NCBI GenBank assembly: GCA_964535655.1
Contig: CAZHTP010000004.1
Location: 11,108 to 75,107 of the forward strand
Length of the DNA: 64,000 bases
Source of the DNA: an uncultured Gammaproteobacteria bacterium
GTDB taxonomy: Bacteria > Patescibacteriota > Microgenomatia > JALYQM01
Direction of reading: 5' to 3'
Part shown: piece by piece, positions 1 to 8,141 of the stretch
Layout: each line of letters begins with the position of its first letter
Numbering within the stretch: the stretch's first letter is position 1
Notes under the pieces: generated by a model
What the model was told of the DNA's origin: nothing
Database searches by the model: none
Seen by the model: only the letters and a program-made list of their open reading frames with translations
Program-made: the position numbers and the translations under genes

Positions 1-263
1 AACTTATACTTTGCTGAAGTTTAATTATTATTTTTATCATGTGCTTCAGTAGTTTTTCTTTTTATTTTGAGAACCGCCTTATCTACTCCTGAGAAAGAAT
101 GTTATGAATTCTTTGAAGTCGTATCTAAGTCAGATTCTCAAAACAATTGGAATTTGATATTACCTAAAATTTTTATACACTATTTACTTGCATCGGTGTA
201 GGTAGTCATTGTTGCTTTTACTGTATCAGTTTTGGTTTTTATTTGTGTTATCATAATTTCCTT

Positions 264-440
264 ATGGAAGAAAAGGTTGCGATTCGTCCTTTGATTAGAA
301 ATGTTGATTATGAACTTGATTCTTTAGGACGGTTTGTTTTGACGCGGCGATACCACTTGCGGCGAGGTTTCTGTTGTGGTAATCATTGTATACATTGTCC
401 TTTTGACGGTATAAAAGGGAGCCGCGAAATAAAAAAATAA
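264..440 (+). CDS. Small Cys-rich protein (C-terminal RGFCCGNHCIHCP cluster; resembles DUF5522-type mini-proteins)
   Basis: ORF track 243..440 starts at TTG; first in-frame ATG is at 264. The C-terminal CCGNxCxHCP cysteine cluster is the recognisable feature. The stop lies 4 nt before the start of the radical SAM gene. Confidence 0.5.
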   Translation: MEEKVAIRPLIRNVDYELDSLGRFVLTRRYHLRRGFCCGNHCIHCPFDGIKGSREIKK

Positions 441-444
441 AATC

Positions 445-1473
445 ATGTATCTGCCCACCTCACTTGAAAATGCAGTCTTTGCTGCGGAGAATCATTTAAA
501 AAAAAGTCACGTTGTACAAAAAGAATTTTTTAAACAAAAAATGCGTTGGAGTTTTCCAATGTCCATTAATTTGGAAACAACAAACCATTGTAATTTGCGT
601 TGTATAATGTGCCCTCGACATTTAACTGATCGAGGATTTGGGTTAATGGATGATTCGTTATACCAAAAACTTATTGACGAAATTGCTGATCATGGAGGCG
701 TGCAGGTTTTAACACTTATTAAAGATGGAGAATCTTTAATTCATCCACGGGTACATGAATTAATTAAGTACGCTAAAGATCGCAAAGCTGCACATCGTAT
801 TGAAATTTTTTCTAATGCAATTTTACTTGATGAGGAGCGTTCAATTAAATTAATTGAAGCAGGACTTGATGTATTAAATGTATCGCTTGATGCGATGAAT
901 AGTGAGACATATAAAAAGATTAAGGGCCGGGATCAGTATTCTGTTGTGGTTAAGAACATGCGGCGATTTGCTGAAATTAAAAAGGAGATAGGAGCGCGTA
1001 AGCCCTTACTTGTTGCTAAGTTTATTGGTATGACTGAGAACGCTGATCAATTAGATGAGTTTAAGCAATATTGGAAAGGTGTTGCCGACCAAGTATTAAT
1101 TTCTCCATACCATAATTATGGTGGAGGGACGGTTGATCGATCACTAAAAACGCAAAAGAAAGTGGGTTGTCGCTATCCTTGTTTGGTTACTTGGTTTAAC
1201 CCGGTAGTTTTGTGGGATGGCCTGGTGACTACTTGCTGTGTTAACTATATGAAGAATGAATTAATAATGGGCGACGCTAAAGAAAGTACGATAGAAGAAA
1301 TTTGGTGCGGTGAAAAATACCAGAAACTGCGTGCAGATATGTTACGTGGTGATTTGAGTGACTGGAAAACATGTTCTAAATGTACGTATTGGCAAGGGTT
1401 TGCGGATATGGCTAATTGGTTGGATAAGAAGGAAAGGGATGCAGGGAATCCGTTTATCTCTTCAACAGTATAA
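445..1473 (+). CDS. Radical SAM / SPASM-domain protein
   Basis: CNLRCIMC near the N-terminus is a CxxxCxxC radical SAM cluster motif. The C-terminal Cys-rich region (CRYPC..TTCCVNY..CSKC) is typical of a SPASM/twitch auxiliary Fe-S domain. Confidence 0.8.
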   Translation: MYLPTSLENAVFAAENHLKKSHVVQKEFFKQKMRWSFPMSINLETTNHCNLRCIMCPRHLTDRGFGLMDDSLYQKLIDEIADHGGVQVLTLIKDGESLIHPRVHELIKYAKDRKAAHRIEIFSNAILLDEERSIKLIEAGLDVLNVSLDAMNSETYKKIKGRDQYSVVVKNMRRFAEIKKEIGARKPLLVAKFIGMTENADQLDEFKQYWKGVADQVLISPYHNYGGGTVDRSLKTQKKVGCRYPCLVTWFNPVVLWDGLVTTCCVNYMKNELIMGDAKESTIEEIWCGEKYQKLRADMLRGDLSDWKTCSKCTYWQGFADMANWLDKKERDAGNPFISSTV

Positions 1474-1649
1474 TTTCTCTGCTAACTTATTTCGTTCTGG
1501 GACTTTGTTTGCTGCGGAAGCTATCTTTTTCAACCATAGTGACTTTTTGCTCACTAGCTTTTATTGATTTTTAATCAATCGTTTTCGGTTGCACTATGGT
1601 ACTTCTGTGCAACCTCCAGCTGAATGTCCTCGCGGCACAAAGTCCTAGC

Positions 1650-1681
1650 ATCGAAATTTTGTTTTTCGATTATTTTATTCT
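1650..1681 (+). terminator. Hairpin (ATCGAAA / TTTCGAT, 7 bp stem) followed by a T-rich tract; possible terminator of the rSAM transcription unit
   Basis: Inverted repeat 1650-1656 / 1664-1670, then TATTTTATTCTTG. Confidence 0.3.
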
Positions 1682-1687
1682 TGTCTC

Positions 1688-1716
1688 TTGACCTAAGCTA
1701 TTGTTTGCTCTAATGT
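1688..1716 (+). promoter_or_regulatory. Putative sigma70-type promoter TTGACC-17-TAATGT
   Basis: -35 at 1688-1693, 17-nt spacer, -10 at 1711-1716. A GGAGGG Shine-Dalgarno site lies 5 nt before the ATG at 1748. Confidence 0.35.
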
Positions 1717-1747
1717 TAAAGATATATTAGTAGTATGGAGGGTTTAT

Positions 1748-1987
1748 ATGAAAACATCGCAGGAGAAAGATGCTTTGCTGGCATTAATTTCTACTCTCAC
1801 TGTTGTGTTTGTTGTATTGTTTTTTAGTATTGCGTATTTTCTGACATTGCGTGTTGATGTAACTCATAAACAAGCAACTATTGATCAAGAACTTGCAGCA
1901 CAGCGTGTTAAAGATCAGCAATCTGCTCAAGGTTATGTTGCTGGTGTTCAAACGGAAGAGCCTGTTGATGTAGGTGATGACTACTAA
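1748..1987 (+). CDS. Small single-pass membrane protein, hypothetical
   Basis: Strong Shine-Dalgarno site GGAGGG. The N-terminus has a hydrophobic helix (LLALISTLTVVFVVLFFSIAYFL). The 3' end overlaps the start of the GT4 gene. Confidence 0.5.
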   Translation: MKTSQEKDALLALISTLTVVFVVLFFSIAYFLTLRVDVTHKQATIDQELAAQRVKDQQSAQGYVAGVQTEEPVDVGDDY

Positions 1988-1991
1988 AAAA

Positions 1992-3404
1992 ATGAAAATT
2001 ACAATTATTCATTGCTCCTTTATTTATACGGGGGGTGGGGAAAGAATTGTTTTGGAACAATTATCCCATCTTCGTGGGCTTGGGTATGATGTAGATTGTT
2101 ATGCTCCTGTTGTTGACTTTAACTCGTGTTTTTCAGATATAATTCGTTCTTACAATATTAAGTCGTTTTTACCGCAGCTTCCACACTGGTTTCCATTGCG
2201 ACATGCTATTATTTTACTTTTTAGCTGTTTGTTAATTCCTTTTTTCGCTTTAAAATTTAGATCTACAGATTTATTTATTGGAGAGAATCAACCGGGAGCC
2301 TGGTTGGCATTTGTTTTATCTAAAATTTTGAATAAACGCTATATTGCTTTCTTGAATCATCCTAATCGGATTTTGTATCCTCGGGAACACGAAGATTGGG
2401 CAACGGTTAGTGACTTTAAGTTTCTTAGTAAATTTTTTGCTTTTTTTAGACCTTTGCTCGCTTATTTTGATCGGATAAGTATTAATGGCGCTTCTGAACG
2501 ATATGTTAATGGGTATTTTATAGGGTGTGAGATAGCCAAAATTTACCATTCAAGCTGGGTTGCCTGTCCATCGGGGACATCGTTTTTAAATGATTATTCT
2601 GAACGAATCACGAGTGATTCAGTCAAAATCACATCAGATAAGCCGGTTTTTACTTTACCTTTTCCTTCTTCTCTTTATGCTCATCGACATTTTTCCTATT
2701 TAGATCATGCACATCTTGCTCAGTCTAAGCAGGATTCACAATGGGGAAGCTTGCTTGGAGGAGAGATCGATAATAAATTTGCATTGAGGCGTATGATGCA
2801 CCAATCGAAGGTAGCTTGTGATGATCCTTCTGGCACTGCTCACTTTATAAAAGGGTTTGATTTATCTCAAATGTTCATTTTATACACCGGAAGACATCAA
2901 CCGTGGAAGCGAATTGATTGGCTTATTGAAATATTCTCACTCATTAAGTCGCAGAATGTTTATTTAGTAATTCCTGGTCCTTTTACTTCACATACAGTAG
3001 AACTTCAGCGGCTTGCTGTACAGTTGGGTGTTTCAGACAAAGTACAATTTTTAGGGGAGATTGATCAGCGTGAGTTATTTTTACTGTATCGCCGTGCTGC
3101 AATTTATGCGTTTCCTTCGGAACGAGAAGATTTCGGCATTGTAGTTATCGAAGCAATGGGACAAGGTTTGCCTGTTGTTGCGTGGGATGTGGGTGGTCCA
3201 ACGGATACTGTTGTTGATGGGGTAACAGGGTATTTGGTTTCTCATTATGATAAAAAAATGTATGCTAGGAAATTAGAAAACTTACTTCAGGATCGACACT
3301 TACGCGAGGAAATGGGGCGTGCCGGAATTGAACTGGTCGGTGCGAAATTTAGTTGGAAAAACCATATTTCTGTTCTTACCCAACAATTTTCTACTCATAT
3401 TTAG
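1992..3404 (+). CDS. Glycosyltransferase family 4 (GT-B fold, group 1)
   Basis: N-terminal MKITIIHCSFIYTGGGERIV resembles the GT4 motif. C-terminal EREDFGIVVIEAMGQGLPVVAWDVGGPTDTVVDGVTGYLV is the canonical GT4 EX7E region. The ATG at 1992 is in frame with the track's GTG at 1974. Confidence 0.8.
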   Translation: MKITIIHCSFIYTGGGERIVLEQLSHLRGLGYDVDCYAPVVDFNSCFSDIIRSYNIKSFLPQLPHWFPLRHAIILLFSCLLIPFFALKFRSTDLFIGENQPGAWLAFVLSKILNKRYIAFLNHPNRILYPREHEDWATVSDFKFLSKFFAFFRPLLAYFDRISINGASERYVNGYFIGCEIAKIYHSSWVACPSGTSFLNDYSERITSDSVKITSDKPVFTLPFPSSLYAHRHFSYLDHAHLAQSKQDSQWGSLLGGEIDNKFALRRMMHQSKVACDDPSGTAHFIKGFDLSQMFILYTGRHQPWKRIDWLIEIFSLIKSQNVYLVIPGPFTSHTVELQRLAVQLGVSDKVQFLGEIDQRELFLLYRRAAIYAFPSEREDFGIVVIEAMGQGLPVVAWDVGGPTDTVVDGVTGYLVSHYDKKMYARKLENLLQDRHLREEMGRAGIELVGAKFSWKNHISVLTQQFSTHI

Positions 3405-4449
3405 TTAGAGCTTCATTCAATATTTCTTCAGCTTCAGATAAATTTTTTGATTGTATCAGTTTTATTTTAATTTCCGTTGAATTGGGAAAGTTGGCAATAT
3501 AGAAGCTAAATTGTTTACGCATTTGTAAAAACAGCTTTTCGTTTTTTGCCTTGGCATGATACATAGCATGTTCTTTGGCGAGCTGTAACCGTTCCTTGGG
3601 GGTAAGGGAATATTGCGGTTGACTCCAAATAGCTGGGTTGCCTAAGGCTGCCCGGGCAATAAGCGCTCCGTCAAGATTATATTTAGCAATTTTTTCTAGC
3701 GCATCTTGGCGGGAGGAAAGATCGCCATTCCCTAAAACGGTCGTGCTGGTGGATTTTATCACTTCAGCTCCTTGAGCAATTGCTCCCCAATTCGCAATCC
3801 CTGTATACATTTGCTTAAGTGTTCGCCCGTGCAATGTGATGTTAGCAGGATTTGTTTCCAGCAAGTGTTTAACCCATTCCGTGATGGTAATATTTTCAAT
3901 ACCTAATCTTGTTTTAACGGATACAGGAATAACCTTTCTATCGATATTTTCTGATTGGGAGAATTCTTTTAATTCTGCAATTTTTTTAACTTTTATTTCG
4001 TCGAGATCTAAATCTACAATATTCTTACCGTTTGACCAGTCAAACACTCCATTCTGGACTGATCGGATTATTTCCTTTGCCAGTTTAGGGTTACCTATTA
4101 GGGCTGCTCCACCGCCGTGATGGGCGACGTTTTTTGCTGGACATCCCATGTTTATATCGATTCCATCAAATCCTAATTCCGCGCAGATAATAGCGGCTTT
4201 ATAGAAATATTCGGGAGTTGAACCAAAAATTTGAGCTATGATCGGTCGCTGAGCAACTTGGTACCGTAGATCATTAAGCAAATGATCGGCTGAGGACATG
4301 AACATGCCTTCGACGTTCGTGAATTCAGTAAACATGACATCTGGTTTGCCATATTGAGCGTGAATTTGACGAAATGCGAAATCTGTTAGCCCATCCATTG
4401 GGGCAAGTCCGATGATCGGTTTTGGTTGTTGTTGCCATGAAAAACTCAT
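3391..4449 (-). CDS. dus: tRNA-dihydrouridine synthase
   Basis: GLAPMDGLTDFAFRQ and FDGIDINMGCP are characteristic motifs of the Dus TIM-barrel flavoenzyme family. Confidence 0.85.
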   Translation of the reverse strand: MSFSWQQQPKPIIGLAPMDGLTDFAFRQIHAQYGKPDVMFTEFTNVEGMFMSSADHLLNDLRYQVAQRPIIAQIFGSTPEYFYKAAIICAELGFDGIDINMGCPAKNVAHHGGGAALIGNPKLAKEIIRSVQNGVFDWSNGKNIVDLDLDEIKVKKIAELKEFSQSENIDRKVIPVSVKTRLGIENITITEWVKHLLETNPANITLHGRTLKQMYTGIANWGAIAQGAEVIKSTSTTVLGNGDLSSRQDALEKIAKYNLDGALIARAALGNPAIWSQPQYSLTPKERLQLAKEHAMYHAKAKNEKLFLQMRKQFSFYIANFPNSTEIKIKLIQSKNLSEAEEILNEALTKYE

Positions 4450-4508
4450 TTTAGTATTATACCAGCTTTTGGTTTAAACTGTTAACACTAATGGTGTAAA
4501 ATGGTACT

Positions 4509-5726
4509 ATGCGATTTTTCCGCTTTGGAAGTATTTATTTGATTTCACTGTTACCTTTATATATCGTGCGATTCTCATTATTTGGGTTTCCTAGTACGCT
4601 TTTGGAGTTTAGTTTTTTAATTCTTTGGCTTGTTTGGGTGTTTGAAGTTGTACGAGAAGGGAGAATAAGTCACGTTTGGCATGCAATACCTCTTAAGGAA
4701 ATGGTGGGTTTTTTTTTACTGGCTGGGCTTGTCAGTGTTTTAGTGTCTGATGAGATTCGTAGTGGTATTGGGCTTTATCGAGCATACTTTGTGGAGCCAG
4801 TTTTATTTTTTATTCTGTTAACTGATTTAGGGAAACGCCGCTACTTGTTTATAAGTGATGTACTGGTAGGATTGGCAATAAGTGCATTTTATTTAAGTGT
4901 TCTTGCGATTATTCAACATGCGTTTCACTCTGATTTGTTTGCACCACACGAGACTGCTTCTGGAAGGGTTAGCGGGGTGTTTAACAGTGCAAATGCTTTG
5001 GCGCTTTATTTGGAGCCTATTATTTGGACGCTTGGAGTGGTTGTCTTTCGTGATTTTAAACTTAGTAAGCGCAGTGCATTTTTTACTTTAACTCTCATTT
5101 TATCTGTTGTCGCGATTGTTTTGAGCCGATCAATGGGAGGGTTTGTTGCTTTTATCTGTCTTGCTGGAATTTTAGTACTGCGTCGATTTATAAAAATACA
5201 CAGTTCGACTTTTTTATGGTATGTGAGTGGATTATTTGTGGTAACGGCGCTATTGATTCAACTTGCTTATTCTGTGGTAGGAAGAATGCACGCAGTACCT
5301 TATGCAGGACCTAATACTTTTTTGATTCGGATGATTGTCTGGACAGGTACTTCGCATTTGCTGTCAGAACATTGGATAACTGGTGCTGGTTTAGGAGGAT
5401 TTAAAGAACGGTATGCGATAAGTTATTTACCAGTACAGTATACAGAGCAATTGCAGTATCCTCATAATATTTTTCTTAATTTTTGGAGTGAAACCGGTTT
5501 GTATGGATTAATTACTTTTATTCTCCTTTGCTATTTCTTGTTTAAAGAAGCGGATGCTAAAGAGATACAGATACGAATAATAATTTATGGAGTTTTATTT
5601 CTACTTTTTCTGCACGGGCTGGTAGATGTCCCTTATTTTAAGAATGATTTAAGTATGGAGTTCTGGATTTTTGCCAGTTTACTATTTTTTATGCGAGGTG
5701 GGGAAAATGGATCAGTTGTTTCTTGA
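4509..5726 (+). CDS. O-antigen ligase (Wzy_C)-like polytopic membrane protein
   Basis: About 10 predicted TM helices. WITGAGLGGF periplasmic-loop motif as in the RfaL/O-antigen ligase family. Confidence 0.5.
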   Translation: MRFFRFGSIYLISLLPLYIVRFSLFGFPSTLLEFSFLILWLVWVFEVVREGRISHVWHAIPLKEMVGFFLLAGLVSVLVSDEIRSGIGLYRAYFVEPVLFFILLTDLGKRRYLFISDVLVGLAISAFYLSVLAIIQHAFHSDLFAPHETASGRVSGVFNSANALALYLEPIIWTLGVVVFRDFKLSKRSAFFTLTLILSVVAIVLSRSMGGFVAFICLAGILVLRRFIKIHSSTFLWYVSGLFVVTALLIQLAYSVVGRMHAVPYAGPNTFLIRMIVWTGTSHLLSEHWITGAGLGGFKERYAISYLPVQYTEQLQYPHNIFLNFWSETGLYGLITFILLCYFLFKEADAKEIQIRIIIYGVLFLLFLHGLVDVPYFKNDLSMEFWIFASLLFFMRGGENGSVVS

Positions 5727-6648
5727 TCGATTACAAATTTTATTAGGAGAGAGGTATTCAGAGGCTGTTGATTCATTTGAACATGATAAGTTGCCCAGTT
5801 TTCGCGTTAATACTCTCGTAATTTCTGAGAGTGAAGGGATTGACGTACTTCAATCGAACGGGTTTGAAATTGAAACGGTTCATTCTTTGCCCAATGCATA
5901 TTTAGTAAAAAATAAATCCAAGCGTGAATTCACCGATTTTCCTCAGTATTCACAAGGTTGGTATTATTTGCAGTCTTTTTCAAGCATGGTTCCTGTATTT
6001 GCCTTGGGAGATCTTACCGGTAGGCTTCATGCATTGGATATGTGTGCTGCTCCGGGTTCAAAAACGTCGCAGCTGGCAGCGGTACTTGATTCTCGGGGAT
6101 TAATTGATGCGTATGATTTGAGCAGACAGCGTATTTTTCAGATGAAAGCGGTGCTTTCGCAACTTCATGTTAAAAATGTATATATTCATCAAAGTGATGC
6201 ATCGGGGATTTGGAGAAAATATGGCCCAGTGTTTGATGTTGTTTTACTTGATGCTGTTTGTAGTGGAGAAGGTAGATTTAAGACGAGTGAGCCTAAAACT
6301 TATGCTGATTGGGAATTGAGGAAAGTTAAGAAAATGGTGGAGATACAAAAAAGATTACTTTTTTCTGGAATTATGTGTCTCAAGCCAGGTGGGGTACTTA
6401 TTTACTCTACGTGTACATTTTCTCCTGAAGAAAATGAAGGAATAATACATTTTGCATTACAAAAATTTGAAGGTGCTATCGATATTGAACCAATTGATTT
6501 GCGTCCGTATCCTCCAGCAAGATCATTTGTTCCTGGTACTACTGAATGGCAAGGGGAGATTTATGATGAACGGATAAGTCGAGCTATACGGATTGTTCCT
6601 GATACTACTTGGGATGGGTTCTTCGTTTGTAGAATTAAGCGAAATTAA
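5707..6648 (+). CDS. RsmB/RsmF (NOL1/NOP2/Sun) family rRNA cytosine-C5 methyltransferase
   Basis: DMCAAPGSKTSQLA is a SAM-binding motif. LDAVCSGEG and IYSTCTFSPEENE carry the catalytic Cys motifs of m5C RNA methyltransferases. The ATG at 5707 is in frame with the track start 5671. Confidence 0.8.
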   Translation: MDQLFLDRLQILLGERYSEAVDSFEHDKLPSFRVNTLVISESEGIDVLQSNGFEIETVHSLPNAYLVKNKSKREFTDFPQYSQGWYYLQSFSSMVPVFALGDLTGRLHALDMCAAPGSKTSQLAAVLDSRGLIDAYDLSRQRIFQMKAVLSQLHVKNVYIHQSDASGIWRKYGPVFDVVLLDAVCSGEGRFKTSEPKTYADWELRKVKKMVEIQKRLLFSGIMCLKPGGVLIYSTCTFSPEENEGIIHFALQKFEGAIDIEPIDLRPYPPARSFVPGTTEWQGEIYDERISRAIRIVPDTTWDGFFVCRIKRN

Positions 6649-6662
6649 TTACTATAGAGGTA

Positions 6663-7967
6663 ATGAAACTTTTTCTTGTAGTAATAGTAGTTTTAAGTGC
6701 GGCTATTTATCCTTCGTATATTCTTGCTGGGCAATATCGATTACAGCGATTTTCTCAGATACAGAAAGCTGATGTTGGGGTACTTTCCCAACTGGATAAG
6801 CGTAACACTGCACTTACTATTCTTACTTTGTCCCAAAAAAATGTTTTTGATTTAAGTAAGGAAAATATTAGTACTGAATCAGCTACTATTGTTTTGAATT
6901 CAATTCGTGCTTCATTTGCAAAAGGGGATTATGATTCAGTAGGAACTTTAAGTGCTCAACTTACTTCTGGGATAGTGAAAGCGCGAGCTGATGACAAAAA
7001 TTTGTATGATGATTTCTCACACAAAATTGTTGAGTTAGGGGAAAAGCGGGATGCTTATAAAAAGCAGGGGGTTACTGTTGCAACGATCTCGGCAGGAATT
7101 GCTTCGGCTAGTGCGAGTCTTTTGGGTAAAGACTATTTGGTATTACCTTCACTCTTAACACTGCTGGATGATTCTCTCACTTCGCTCCTTGTTCAAAAGA
7201 AAGAGGCTGATAGAAAGGCGGCGCTTGCGGCAGCCGCAGCAATCGCTGCGCCAGTTGCGCCACAATCAGTGGGTGGTATTACTTATGAAAGAAAAACTAT
7301 TGGTACTTCCGTAGGATCATTTAGCGTTGATATTCTTACCGTTGATCTTAATCGTGTTAAGGCTAAAACATTTACTGCAAGTGATAGTGATTGTGTAACT
7401 AACTGTCCTTTGAAACCATTGGCTTCGTATGTTTTGGAAAACGGGGGTATTGCTGGAATAAATGGATCGTATTTTTGTCCGGCAGATTATTCGTCTTGTT
7501 CAAGTAAAGTTAATGCCTTTGATCTGCTTGTATTTGATTATCGTAGTAAGCATTATGCTAATTCTGCACAGAATCAATATAGGGTTAACCCACTCATTAG
7601 TTTCTATCCTGACGGAGCTCACTATTATACTCAGGCTTTAGGTTTTGGTCGAGACACCAGTGCTTATGGAGCTATATCCAATTTTCCTACTCTTATTCAT
7701 AATGGTGGAATTTCTGTAAATGGAGGACTCGACGCAAAATCTGCGGGGACAAAAACCTTTCGTGGCGGAATCGGATTTAGAGGTAAAACTTTATGGACCG
7801 TAATGACACGAGGTGCTACTGTCCCCGATACGGCATACGTTTTTCAAGCATTAGGTGCGCAGTATGCGATGAATTTAGATGGTGGAGGGTCGGCTGCCTT
7901 GTATTTTGGAGGGTATAAAGTAGGGCCGGGGCGCAATCTTCCCAATGCTGTTGTATTCACTCCGTAA
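6663..7967 (+). CDS. Secreted/anchored phosphodiester glycosidase family protein (NAGPA/DUF2233-like)
   Basis: N-terminal signal/anchor. INGSYF and MNLDGGGSAALYFGG are motifs typical of the phosphodiester glycosidase domain. Confidence 0.55.
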   Translation: MKLFLVVIVVLSAAIYPSYILAGQYRLQRFSQIQKADVGVLSQLDKRNTALTILTLSQKNVFDLSKENISTESATIVLNSIRASFAKGDYDSVGTLSAQLTSGIVKARADDKNLYDDFSHKIVELGEKRDAYKKQGVTVATISAGIASASASLLGKDYLVLPSLLTLLDDSLTSLLVQKKEADRKAALAAAAAIAAPVAPQSVGGITYERKTIGTSVGSFSVDILTVDLNRVKAKTFTASDSDCVTNCPLKPLASYVLENGGIAGINGSYFCPADYSSCSSKVNAFDLLVFDYRSKHYANSAQNQYRVNPLISFYPDGAHYYTQALGFGRDTSAYGAISNFPTLIHNGGISVNGGLDAKSAGTKTFRGGIGFRGKTLWTVMTRGATVPDTAYVFQALGAQYAMNLDGGGSAALYFGGYKVGPGRNLPNAVVFTP

Positions 7968-7994
7968 CTTTCAAGCTGCTGTTATACTTTCCTC

Positions 7995-8022
7995 TTGAAC
8001 TTTTTACCACGATGTATATTAT
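7995..8022 (+). promoter_or_regulatory. Putative promoter TTGAAC-16-TATTAT
   Basis: -35 at 7995-8000, -10 at 8017-8022. It would drive a roughly 170-nt transcript ending at the terminator at 8176-8198. Confidence 0.3.
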
Positions 8023-8141
8023 GAGTTTATACTTTGTTCGGTAACATCGGTTAAATACCGAGGCAGTGCCGCTACTGTAAAGCCAGAAAACGAACAAAAG
8101 AAAATATCCCGAGCAGGAACACCATTTGCGGTGCGCCTTTA

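Noticed and set aside
264-440. Cys-rich 58-aa ORF as a RiPP precursor peptide
   Set aside because: The C-terminal CCGNxCxHCP cluster looks like a conserved folded metal-binding mini-protein family, not a leader-core precursor. I kept it only as a possible rSAM partner.
2316-2549. Numerous 60-120-aa ORFs on the opposite strand of, or nested in, larger genes (e.g. 2316..2549, 3836..4120, 8343..8603, 9154..9462, 14027..14248, 24476..25315 set, 29133..30132 set, 35206..36982 set, 45144..47336 set, 52728..52970)
   Set aside because: They lie wholly inside well-supported longer genes and have low-complexity or biased composition. Treated as shadow ORFs.
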